DNA from: Azolla caroliniana
Taxonomy: Eukaryota; Plantae; Polypodiophyta
Reading direction: 5' to 3'
Assembly: GCA_043228905.1 (NCBI GenBank)
Contig: JBHGNT010000003.1
Coordinates: forward strand, 19,530,001 to 19,594,000
DNA length: 64,000 nucleotides
The position numbers and the translations under genes are program-made. Below are positions 49,749-62,000 of this stretch, piece after piece. Every line of letters begins with the position of its first letter. Positions within the stretch are counted from its first letter, which is position 1. The notes beneath the pieces are model-generated. The model was not told the DNA's origin, searched no databases, and saw only the letters and a program-made list of their open reading frames with translations.

Positions 49749-50746
49749 TGTAAGATGGCATACCCTACTATTGGACTAGAAAATAGCTTAAACTTTTACA
49801 CAAAGGTGGACTCGATGTAATGATACCCCTAAAGGATCTTTATACGAACCTTTGCATTCATGGTAATATTTAGTAAACCCATTTGTAGAAAAAAAAGAAG
49901 ACTCATTCTCGTCTAAACAAGTGATTTTGGGTCCTAAATCTTGTTTTATTAGTGTTCAAGTCCTTCGCGGTCCTATTCGAGTGGCACATGTATGTGCATT
50001 TGTGCGACAATGACTAACTGAGCATCCTCACGATCTCCACACCCCTCCACCATTTGGTTGGATGGAATCGTGGAGATGATTTTCTATTAGAGCCTTCCTC
50101 ACTCATGATGTGAGTTTTTGGCACTAGCGGTCAACTAAAATGCATTGATTTCTTGATGTGGTAATATGTCTGTTAATAATTAGGTAATTAACTACGAGTT
50201 AATTAGTATCTAATTATGCAAGTAGTTAATCACGTATGTGATTAAGCAACGAAAGACTATGTGATGTGTGTGTGAGAGAGAGTAAGGACATTAAATGAGA
50301 GATAGAGGGGAAATACACTTATGAACAATAAGACAAATGGGAGATGATTAACAAGAATGTAGCTTGAAGACCTTTCTCTCTATTAATATGCATCAAGTTA
50401 CAAAAATACCCACAATGAGGTATATATATATCTCATATGTAAGGGTGCACATGTTTGAGGAGAATATAGGTACAAGGTTGTAAGTCCTATATTAAATGAA
50501 CTGGGGAGTGGGGGATCTAGAATATATCCCACTCAAATACAAAATCCTATTTAAGGGTTTAAAGTCAACATACTAACTAGATTCTATTTATGTAACTACC
50601 AAGTTGTTATCTCCTTCCTTGGGGAGAACACCTTCGATTAATCCTAGGGTAATCGGGTCAAGGAATCGTGGTTACGTCGGAATGGGAACACAAGAGTGAC
50701 ACAAGTTGATCGAGTACGAGAATTGTTGGCCACAATCGGCCTTTAT
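49749..50746. repeat. ~1-kb direct duplication, copy 2
   Basis: Near-identical to 37348-38349, but continues into the uninterrupted F LTR. Confidence 0.93.
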
Positions 50747-52925
50747 GACTTTCACTTAACACGGGGACAGAAATCCAATAATACAAATGAATAGTTGATG
50801 ACACGAATAGATTAGACTCATAACATGTATATTATAAGATTAAGATAAAAAGGTTACATGGCTCACGACCTAGATTACTATTCACTCTCTAACGGAAACA
50901 AACATACAATGTGTTTAAACAGGGGACCTCTCTTCTTCCCTCTCTTATCTCACGCCCTTTCTTGTTGCTTTGACGAACTCCAATTACTTATCTCGTTTAC
51001 AACCTTCAATCTCGGTTGCATATATTTCGTTTACCTTCTTCATTCTTGGTCGGTTCTTTTCCTCCTACCTTACCTACTTGTTAAATTCTAGTCTCACACT
51101 TACTACCTCTTTTTCCCACGGATAACACCTGGCACGCCCGTGGGACAGTACCTTTGTATGTCAAACCCAAAACATGCAAAAAAATCGAAACATGATTTGT
51201 TACGATCATTCTTTTTCCAAAATGGCGAGGATGCCCTCAAGGTGTGGCTGTGTCGATGTGGGAGGTGGCTCTTCTTTTGTGAGCTTGTTGGCGTGCAACT
51301 CGGCTGGCATATTCAGCGGTTGCTCTTGAGTCTCCTTTGTGGATTCTGGAATTGTTGCCTCCAGAAGTGGTTCGGTGATCGGTCTGTCCATTTGCTCGGT
51401 TTCTACTTCGAGTCGTGGTTCCTCTTCTATTTTCGATGCCGGTGCAGCTTCCTTGATTACATTGGCTGTTGATGTCTGTGTGGTGGCTTCTTCTTCCTTT
51501 TCAGCGAGGAGGTGCTCTCGTTCATAAGCTTTCACATCCAGTCTCAACAGCATCAGATCGTCGTTGAATACCTCAAGGAGGTGTTCGATCGTTGTGGTGT
51601 GGGTTTGTGCAAGGGCTTGGAATTCCTCGATGAGGTCTTCGCGGAGGATTTGGATGTTGTTTTCATCCATCTTGTAGAACCCATGACCTTCTTCCTTTCG
51701 ATTTTCAACGTTGGCTCAGAAAACCTGTAATTCGGCTGCCTATGCCGACCATTCTTGCCACCATCGAGTGAGAGCCTCCTCGACCTTTTGATTAAGTTGC
51801 ATTCTATGTTTGGCCACTATGGCTTTGATTCATTCTTTGCCCATTTCATATTTGGCTTGGAGGATGTTCAAGTCATTTTGTGCTTTTGTCGCATCTTGTT
51901 TGCACGTGGTTTTGAGGATCGCACACAATGTTGTGACGTTAGCGAGTTAGGCTTCTAGCTTCTACGTACGCATGTTGTAGGTTGGAGAAGTCGATCCGAA
52001 TTATCGGCTAATTCCTTCCTATAATGGTTTTGCTGTCGTTCAAGTTCGAGGGTCGTGGAGATTTTTAGCTAGTGAAGGGATTCCGCGAACACCCCTCGCT
52101 GCTCCTTGGTTTCTTCTAACTTCTGTAGGAACTGACTTGAGTGGAGTTGGAGTTCCGAAAGTTCACTTCTCAGGGAGTCCCTTTTGGCGGAGTGTTGGCG
52201 AGATGCCCACTGTTGCTCTTCCTCCAGTTCTGTTAATTTTGTTGTTGTGAGGTCCTACGCAGCTTTGAGAGTCACGACTGCGTTCTGTTCTGTTCTCCGG
52301 AGCTCGGCCGTTCGAGTGTCAAGCAACTATTGGAGATCGGCTTCACGTTTTGTTGCTTGTTCTTTTAGGTGATCGACTTCAGCTTTAGCCGTCTCATAAC
52401 ACTCCTTGGCCTTGTCAGCGATCTTCATTTGGACTGCAAGTTCCTCTGTGTAGTTGCGGTTTGAGCATTTTGTCGTAAGTGAGTCGGTGGGCTTGTCAGT
52501 TTGTTTGGACGCATCCACAAGTTCGGGGGGGTTGGTCATATCTATTTGGATGGATGCATTGACGAAGTTGGATGTCGGGGGAGGTTCAGTGAGGAGGTTC
52601 GGTTTGCATCTTTCGGGAGCCATTGTTGAAGCTCAGTCAAGCAGCTTTCCGAGGCATGGCATAACTCCGTGGTCGTTTTCTCCAACGTGCGCGCTAGTTT
52701 GCTGTTGGCAACCATGTCTTTGGCCACGGGGGTTGGTTTCTCCAATTCATGGTAAACCTTGACCAAGGCCATGTTGAGTTCCGGCAACTCGATCTGAGCA
52801 GGGTGGGTTTTGGATACGCGTTTGCAACTGGTCTTCTGTAGCTGCGGCCCCTCGTCCGATTCGAGTTCGTTGGTTAACACCCGCAGGATCATTTGTTGTT
52901 CAGCATGATCCTGAACCATTCAATT
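50605..52925 (-). mobile_element. 3' part of gypsy element F (relative of E): 3' LTR 50605-51127 plus decayed ORF-X homolog
   Basis: TGTTATC...GATAACA termini. MVQDHAEQQMILRVLTNELESD...IELPELNMALVKVYHEL aligns with MAEEHAERQMVERALTQTMESD...MEIPPLNTAVVQVHREL of E; C-terminal AILEKE vs AILEED. Confidence 0.82.
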
Positions 52926-54755
52926 CATGACCGCAACTTGGAGGTGAGCCAGGAAGTCGATAAAGCAAAATGGTCACTAACCCATTCTGACCCTGCCGGA
53001 TGAAAAGTGAAAAATTTGACTTCGATGTAGCAAACCCCATCCGACATAGTCGTTGCGTGATTTTCACGTTCCAAGAACATGAGGCTTGCTTTAATTCGTA
53101 GAGGAACTTCTTCAGTCAACCAACGGCCAACGTGTTCAATCCGAACTGAAATCTGGGAGGTGGCACCATATACACTTGTTCCTCAAGCTCTCCTTGTAGG
53201 AACACGTTCTTCACATCTATCTGGTGTAGCTGACATCCCTTCACGGCCTCTCCCGCCAACAGCACCGGGACGGTTGTCATCTTGGCAACCGACGTGAATG
53301 TCTTGTCGTAGTCGATGCCCTCTTAACCGCGTCAAACCTAAACTCCAGACATTCCTTATCGTTCCAGGTTGCATCAGATTCTTCATGATCCGATGCGTCG
53401 GCCTTTGTGCTGTATTCTGACATCTTCATCTTTCGTTTCTCATTGCGCGTAAGGCGTCTCCTCAACTGCTACCACAAGGACTACACAATTGAGTCTTCAC
53501 TACTCGTTGGCTCCTTAGTTGACCAGTCATTCCGACTTAGCCTCTCATTCAGCCCACTTAACCGGAATGAGATCGGACTCTCCTCGTGAGTTCCAATTTC
53601 TTCTTCATCCAAGGGCATCTCGGCCTCACTAGCCTCATCCCCAACAATTGGCATAGAGTCTTTGGGGGTCAGAGATGGAAGGGGGTATCAAGACATTGAT
53701 TTGTCAAAGACGACATCGCGGCTCACCCGCACTTGCTTCATTCGGGGGTTGTAACACTTGTGTACCCCTTTTGCTCGTGCAAATAGCCAACCAAGATACA
53801 TTTCTCGGTCTTGGCATCAAGCTTCCTTCATGTCTCGTCTAGTATATGCACATATGCAATACTACCGAACACGCTGAGGTGTGCCAAATTTGGCCTTTGC
53901 TCGAAATATAGCACATGTGGTGACACCTTTGATCTGATTCTCTATATAGATGGTCGTCCAGATCGCTTCGGCCCAATAGAGTTTGGGCATGCTCTTCTCC
54001 TCCAACATCGTTGTCGCCACTTCTACCATTGTCTGTTCCGTCTCTTGGCCATGCCGTTCTGCTCCGGCATGTATCTGCAAGAGAAATCCCTCCAGATTCC
54101 CTTGGTCTGCAGATAGCTCGTGAACTGGCCGGAAAAGTATTCTTTTCCGCCATCTGATCTTAGACACTTGATCTTTCTTTCAGTCTCCCATTCAACAAGG
54201 TTCTTTAAGTTCTGGAAATATGAGAAGACTTCACTCTTCTTCTCAATTAGATAGACCCAAGTGTGTTGACTAAAGTCGTCGATGAAGGAGACAAAGTATC
54301 AACTCCCTCCCATGCTCACACAATTTGCCGGTCCCCATAAATCCGTGTGGATTAGATCGAGACGATTCTTCTCATTTGGGAACGAAAACCTATGTTGCTT
54401 CCTAAGCTGGCAAGCTTCACATACTTGGCCTTTTTGGCCACTGAACTTCAGCTATCCAAATACCACTTGTTTTGACTGCAATTCTTCAAGCTTAGGAAAG
54501 TTGATGTGGCCGATCTGCTTGTGCCACAAGTCGATGTCGGATTCGACCTTCTGTTCTTTTGTGAACATTGTGGCACCAACATCATTGGTCTCAAGGATAA
54601 ATATCCTCCTGTCTCTGTACTCACAAGCGATCAACCGACCCTCATCCTCCATGAAGCAGCCGAGGTGATTGAATCGTACCTGCATGCCTTCATCGACATT
54701 TTGACTGATGGATACCAAGTTTTTCGCAATCGTCGGGACATCCAGAATGTTTCAC

Positions 54756-56577
54756 TATCGTGATGTTTTCGACACATAGTAAGAAACCACCCTTAAAAGA
54801 GAATAAAATAGTAGTCCAAATAAACTAATGTTGTTAAGTCAACTACAGTAATAAATGAAAGGATAAAACGTTAGAAGCGGTTTTCAAAAGTAGAGAAAAG
54901 TAGAGAAAAAGATGGGAGAAAAAAAGAAGAAGCACACGTGGATATGAGGAGCATAGTAGAGAAAAAAGCTCATAATTGCCTCGTCAGATGTCCAAATTAG
55001 AAAAGAAAAGATGCATAAGAAAGCTAACCCAAAGAACTTTCCAAGAATATCTTGCATGTGAAATGTGAGGCTAGAAAACTGAAATAATGAGGAAAAGAAA
55101 AGTCAAATCATATAGACAAGCTTTTTTAGGGAGAAAATGCAAGCAATCCTAAACCTATAAATAAGAGCCTATTCTAGTGAAGAGAGGGGGGAGGGAGAAG
55201 GAACGTGGAGGCTCTACTCAATTCGAAAGCAGAAGAAGAAGGATCAACAACATCGAGAGGCATCATCAACAAAGAAACTCCTTCTATACTCCACTCTCTT
55301 CTTTCCTCCACCTCTCTTCCCCCATTCCTTTATAAACAATCCTTCATATTCGCATCCAACCCATTGTAACATGATTCTTATATTATAAAAGAATCTACTA
55401 TATTGATATAAACTAATGTTTTCTTTCATCTACTTGTCTTATGTGTAAATCTTGATTGTGCTTATTTGTTATCGTCATTTGTGCTTATTTGTTTGTGTGT
55501 CTTGTGACAAGGGAGCGTTTCGGGCTTGCCCATGCACCTCTCCTTTAACAAAGGAATTCAAACCTACGTGTCTTATATGTTATCATCGTTTCTGCTTATT
55601 TGTTTGTGTGTATTGTGACAAGGGAGCGTTTCGGGCTTGCCCATGCACCTCTCCTTTCACAAATGCATTCAAACTTACGTGTCTTGCGTGTTAGTGTAAA
55701 TATTGCTTGTGTGTTCGTGCGACTTGTGACAAGGGAGCGTTCGGGCTTGCGCATGCACCTCTCCTTTCACAAAGGTGTTCGAAATTGTGTCTTGCGTGTT
55801 AGTGTAAATCTTGCTTGTGTGTTCGTGCGACTTGTGGCAAGGGAGCGTTCGGGCTTGCCCATGCACCTCTCCTTTCACAAAGGCGTTCGAAATTGTGTCT
55901 CCCATGTGTAAACCTTGCTTGTGTGTTCGTGCGACTTCTTGCAAGGGAGCGTTCGGGGGTTGCCCATGCACCTCCCCTTCACAAAGGCGTTCGAAATTGT
56001 GTCTCCCATGTGTAAACCTTGCTTGTGTGTTCGTGCGACTTGTGGAAAGGGAGCGTTCGGGCTTGCCCATGCACCTCTCCTTTCACAAAGGCGTTCGAAA
56101 TTGTGTCTCCCATGTGTAAACCTTGCTTGTGTGTTCGCGTGTCTTGTAACAAGGGTGCGTTTGGGCTTGCCCATGCACCTCTCTTTTCACAAAGGCATTT
56201 GAAACTCTGTCTCTCTTGTGTGTAAGTAAGCATTTTCCTTGTGTGTTCGTGTGTCTTGTAACAAGGGAGCGTTCGGGCTTGCCCATGCACCTCTCTTTTC
56301 ACAAAGGCATTCAAAACTTTGTATCTCGTGTGTGTAAGTAAGCATTTTCCTTGTGTGTCTGTGTGTAAGCCTTCCTCACGTGCATTCGTTCGCCATGTGA
56401 CTAGGGGTTGATTCGGGCTTGCCCATGCACCTCTCCTTTTCACAACCACGTTCGAATACTCATGCCTTGTTTGTGTAAGCCTTCCTTGTGTTGTGGGTGT
56501 GAGCCCTATTTCCTTCCCGTCCATAACCTTGACGGTTCCACCTCACGATCCGCACATAGTGACGGATTTTCACGACA
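54756..56577 (+). mobile_element. 1.8-kb solo-LTR-like insertion (family X terminus) with internal tandem array
   Basis: TATCGTGA...TCACGACA termini (one mismatch); flanks TCAC/CCGC; the copia frame resumes across it (GVMR|NILDV); TATAAATA at 55156. Confidence 0.75.
55455..56490. repeat. Tandem array of ~105-120 bp units (~9 copies)
   Basis: Core CAAGGGAGCGTTCGGGCTTGCCCATGCACCTCTCCTTTCACAAAGG repeated. Confidence 0.95.
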
Positions 56578-57410
56578 CCGCATCACCCCCTTTTGTCCAA
56601 CATGACTGACTACTATGTCGCCCACGTGCTTGATGGGATGCACGGTGTTGTCGTCTATTTCGACAACTCCTAGTTGTTCCAGATTTCCATACTCGAGAAG
56701 CATTCAACATGGTTCGTCATATGATTTGATGCTCCGGAATCTACGTACCATACCTCCTCCAACATCGTGGTTCATACTCCCATTTGGTTTGCCTTGTGCT
56801 TCATCACAATGCGGGGCCCATTTCAGCTTGATCTCCTTTTTTGGCATAGTGTGATCTGTGACGCCTATCTGCATCACCCCGGCTCTGTCTGATCAGTGCA
56901 CTTCTTCCAACACTCGCTCTCTCGGTGGCCCTTCTGGCCATAGTACCAACAATCTGTGGTGGCTTTCCCTTGCCGATTTCCAGTGTCATCTTGACTCCCC
57001 CTACTTGTAGAGGGTCCAACGTTGTTGTTGGCACCAACTCTCTGCCTTCTATTCTGCTCTTGTCAACAACCTCCATTGCGTGTTGACCCGCCTCGTCCAC
57101 CACGGCCAATGTACAACATCTTGTTGTTAGCGTGCATGCTCGTCGATGCACCAGTGTGGTTCCCTTTTACGAGAAACATTAATTGTAGCTCGAAGAACGA
57201 AGATTTACTCTCCCTCATGTAGTCCGCCGTTCGGAATGCTCCAAACATTGACACCAACCCTCCAAGGCAGACCTTCACCATTTCGTCCTCCTCGATGGTC
57301 ACGTTGATGGAGGCGAGGGAATCACAGATCTCCTTAATCCGGGTTGTGTAATCGGCCACCGACTAATCCTTTTGTTGGATGTTGATGAGCTCCTGTCTGA
57401 ATGAGTTGTC

Positions 57411-58469
57411 GTGCCACCGACTAATCCTTCTTCGAGATAGGAGATGAATTCATAGAAGAAGTACTTCTTCCTTCCATTTGATCTTAAGCAACGAATATGT
57501 CGGCCCATTTCTTTGTCCACTTGGCTCTTGATCTTTTGGAAGTGTGACAACACTTCGCTCTTCTTCCTCATCAGAAACATCCAAGTGTACCAGGAGTGGT
57601 TGTCGATGAAAGTGACGTGGTACTGGCATCCGCCGATCCTTGACATTTGAGATGATCCCCATATATCCAAGTGGATCATGTCAAGGAGGCCGTTACTTAC
57701 GTGTCTTTCCTCTGGGAATGGGAGTCGATATTGTTTTCCTAGTTGACATGCTTCACACACTCGGTCGACTTGTTTCGACTCAAAGGCCAAAAGTCCGACA
57801 ACAACTCCTTTCGACTGCATAGCTTGAAGCCGTTGGAGGATGATGTGGTTGATTCTCTTGTGCCACAACTCGACATTTGTCTCAACCTTGAGACCTTTGC
57901 CATACATGGTCGATTTTACCTTGCCCGAATCGAGAATAAACATCCGGCCTTCTCTCTATCCTATAGTGATGAGTTGGCCATTCTTTTCTATAAAGCAACC
58001 TTCATTGTTGAAATGGACTGGCATGCCTTGCTCCATGATCTAGCTGATTTCGCAAGACATTCTTGATGCAATTGTTTTTTCCGTTTTTGCCGAATGGAAC
58101 ATGATTGCCGATGTGCCAAATGGGATGTGTGGTGTCCTCTCTCGTCTCCATTTCGTCGGGCCAATCGGGAGAAAGCAACTCGCTGAACCACTCCTTGTGG
58201 GACGTCATGTGATTTGAGGCTCCGGAGTTAACGGACCATGTGTCTTCCGAATTGGAGGTGCAGGTGGAGTTGGATGCCGACATGGAGTTAGCCTTATGTC
58301 GCATTATGAACATTCCACAATAGTCTTCAAAGTCGGAGTTGGTGGTGTAGTTGGTGAGTTGCTCGTTTCTCTTCTTTTGGCACTCCTCTTTGTGGTGATC
58401 AATCTTCCCACAATAGTTGCAGGTAAGACCTCATTCGGCAAGGCTCCCCCTTATTACGAAGGTTCCTCA
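57411..58469 (-). mobile_element. Second decayed copia relic (knuckle-PR-GAG_pre-INT-integrase)
   Basis: CNYCGKIDHHKEEC, WSVNSGASNHMT, LWHKRINH, CEACQLGKQ, HLDIWG, IRCLRSNG. Confidence 0.85.
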
Positions 58470-59095
58470 TGTTACGGAAAATTGGTTCCTCTGGATGGGC
58501 AGAACACAAGCTGGATAGGATGGAGAGCCAGCTAGATCGGCCAAAAGTCGACTGACTGAAGAACCAGATGATATCTAGCTTGTCCGAATTCCGAATTTGG
58601 ATACTACACGTGGAGTCAAAATGTCAAGAGCCGACTCATAGCTGACCCGTTGGACCGAGAGTCGGATAGAAGAACAAGTCAAATAACAGTCAGTAGGTAG
58701 CTGACTAGTCTGAAGCCGAATCAAACTCATCCAACTGGGCTATATTTGTAAATAGCCTTAATGTGCCTATTGTGGGCTATATTTGTAAATAGCCTTAATG
58801 TGCCTATTGTGGGCTATATTTGTAAATAGACATATAAGTAGGTAAGTATAAATATAGTTAGGGCAAATAGTTAGGTATTATCATAGTAGTTGAACAGGTG
58901 TGGCTATTGTAGTGTGTGTGAGACAGAGTGTTGTATCTGTCAGCAAGACGAAGGTGAGACCGAGGTTGTTGCCTTATCATCATATAGTGATTATGTTTGG
59001 AGTCTGTGGGCTCTCGTGGTTTTTTCCCATTCAGGTATTTCCACGTTAATATCTTGTCTCTCTATCTGTGCCTTCTCTGTTTTGTTTGTTGTTTT
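58470..59095 (+). mobile_element. LTR related to copia A LTRs, truncated by the A2 insertion
   Basis: Starts TGTTACGG; shares GGCTATATTTGTAAATAGCC, TTAGGGCAAATAG and GTGGTTTTTTCCC...TTCCACGTTAA motifs with A LTRs; 38-bp internal duplication. Confidence 0.62.
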
Positions 59096-62000
59096 TGTTG
59101 GGATTTCGGTCCCTTTCGGATGGGATGGTCGGATATCGGAGATGAATGCCGACAAGCCCGGTTTCGGTTTCGGATCCGGATGACGAAGACCCCGGTTTCG
59201 GTACCGGATGACGAGTGTACCCGGAGAGCGATCCGGATGCAGGGACATATCCGTGAATATGTTCCCTATGGGCCCCTGAGGCTACAATTGTAAATAGCCC
59301 AAAGTCATATAAGTATAAATATGACTTAGGGCAAACAGTTTTTGAGTTGCTTCTCATTTTTCTGTTTTTCCACTCAAGAGGAGTGAAGAGGGAGCAGCCG
59401 TGAGACAGAGTGAGAGATAGAGCGCGAGAGAAGAAGAGGTAGACGCCTCTGTGTATTTCCGCCGCCTGTGGCGAGGACAGCGAGCTCAAGGTCGTTGCCT
59501 TGGAGCTCGTCATTGTATACTTCTCTTGTATAGTGTTGTTTGGAGTCTTGTACTCCCGTGGTTTTTCCCATCTAGGGTTTTCCACGTTAATCCCTGTGTA
59601 CTCGTGTGTTTCTCTCTTTTGGTTTCTATTTTCTGCTGCATTGATCCGCGATTAATCGGTTGTGGCCGAGTGGGGAAGGTGAATCCAAGCGTTGATTCCC
59701 AACAAACTGGTATCAGAGCGACTGTTGCGGAAAATGGAAGGCGGCGGCAGCGGGCAGCCGGGGATGATGGTGCTGAATGCGCAGAATTACGCCGACTGGA
59801 AGATCAAGATGGAGGATCTTCTGATTGTTCGGGACCTGTACGAACCGATTGACAGGTCGGAAATACCGAAAGGGGTACTTGAGTCGGAGTGGAAGCTCCT
59901 GAACCGGAAAGCCGCAGCGACGATCCGACAATATGTCGATGTAAGCGTCCTACAACATGTGGCGAACGACACCAACGCATATGAGATGTGGAAGAAGCTG
60001 TCGGGCCTCTACGAGAGGAAGAATGCGTTGAACCGGACCTCCCTGATGAGGAAGATAGTGAATCTCAAGTACCGGGACGGCGAGAGTATGGTGGAACACG
60101 TAAGCACGTTCATGGGATTCGTGAATCAGCTTGCGGCGATCAAGTTCCTGTTGGAGGATGCAATGCAAGCCATCATCCTGATGTGTACATTGCCGGAAAG
60201 CTGGGAGAACTTGGTGGTGACTCTCAGCACCTCGTGCACCGAAGATAACTTGTCCTTACAAACGGTAAAGACAAGTATTCTGAATGAAGAAGCGCGTCGG
60301 AGAGATAAGGAACCGGCCTCCGACCCGAAGATGCTGTTTACCGAATCGGATCGGGGAAGACAATGGAACCGGAGTCCGCAAAGACGGGAGAAGTCGGGGA
60401 CCCGGTCGCAGTCAAGAGGAAGGCCCACATGCTTCCACTGTGGGAAGCCGGGGCACTTCCGAAAGAATTGTCGGCATTACCGAAAAGACAATGGAACCGA
60501 CAACACCGATTCGAAGAAGTCACCGGAGAGAAACGGTGCATACCGGGGAGCCACGGACCGGAATGGTTCGGATCGGCGAGGACAGGACCGGAAAGGAACA
60601 ACGGCACTCGCGGCAAGTGAGGAAGAAATCATGCTCATCACCGAAGAAGGTGAGCTAAACGTTGCCGGCGATGAGACGACCTGGGTGGTCGATTCCGGAG
60701 CATCGTTCCACCTGACCCCGGAGAGAAGATACTTCTCATCCTACACAGCCGGTGAGCATGGCTGTGTTCGGATGGGAAATGAAGGTACGTGCCGGATTTC
60801 CGGCATAGGAGACGTGTGGTTGACAACCCCGACCGGATGCAAAATGCTGCTGAAGGATGTCTGACACGTTCCGGAGGTTCGATTGAACCTGATTTCGGCC
60901 GGGAGGCTAGACGATGAAGGCTACACAGGTAGCATCCGGAACGGCGTAATGAAGTTCAGCAAGGGGAGCCTGATAGTGGCTCGGGCCCGGAAGGTCAACA
61001 CACTGTACCTGATGAATGCCCGGTTATGTCCGGAAGAACTGAATGTGGCAGCCGACACTGCCGGTGAGCTGTGGCACAAGAGACTGTGCCACATGAGTGA
61101 GAAGGGGATGAAGAGGCTTGCAGAAGACAACCTTATCCCAGTGAAGCATGTGCACCTGGAGAAGTGCACCGATTGCCTGGCCGGTAAGCAGAACCGAACC
61201 TCCTTCCACTCAAGGCCACCGACGAGACGGAGCGCACCATTGGAGTTGGTGCACACTGATGTGTGTCAGGTAGAAACGAAGTCACATGGCGGAGCCCAGT
61301 ACTTCGTAACATTCATTGATGATCACAGCCGGAAGCTGTGGACGGCACCGCTGAAGACGAAGGACCAAGTGTTGTGCGTCTTCAAAGAACTCCACGCGAG
61401 AGTGGAAAGGGAATCCGGCAAGAAGCTGAAAGCGATACGAGCGGATAACGGAGGGGAATACCGGGGGCAGTTCCAGGAGTACTGTCGCTCGAAGGGAATC
61501 CGACTCGAGTTTACTGTGCCGAAGACGCCGGAACTGAACGGGCTGGCCGAGAGGATGAACCGGACCATAATGGAGAGGGTCCGGAGTATGCTGGCGCATG
61601 CGAAATTACCCAAGGGGTTTTGGGCTGAGGCAATGTCGACGGCGACATACGTGATAAACAGATCACCCTCAGTGCCTTTGGATGGAGACACGCCGCAGAA
61701 AGTGTGGACTGGTAAGGAAGTGTCCTACCGGCATCTGAAGGTGTTCGGGTGTCTCGCATACGTGCATGTGGCAAAGGACCGGAGAGGAAAGCTAGATCCG
61801 AAGACCCGGCCATGCATATTCCTCGGTTACGGCGACGACGAGTTCGGCTACCGAGTATGGGACCCGGTCGACAAGAAGATATTCAGGAGTCGAGACATCA
61901 TCTTCATGGAGGACAAGACACTCGCCGACTGGGAGTCGGAGAAGAAGGTGAAGAGCTCCAAGTCGACCGGTGAGGATCAACTCTACAAGGAGCAGTCCCG

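Larger units (their letters stand above)
52990..57410 (-). mobile_element. Heavily decayed copia relic (gag-PR-INT-RT), split by the 54756-56577 insertion
   Basis: Gag ADYTTRIKEICDSL; protease YVDSGASNHMT (~56730); LWHKQIGHIN; MLEEKSMPKLYWAEAI; RT remnants GIDYDKTF...QIDVKNVFLQGELEE (~53170-53320). Confidence 0.85.

Noticed and set aside
55455-56490. CRISPR-like repeat array and the many overlapping ORFs here
   Set aside because: The whole unit repeats with no unique spacers, the context is eukaryotic and there are no cas genes; the ORFs are repeat artefacts.
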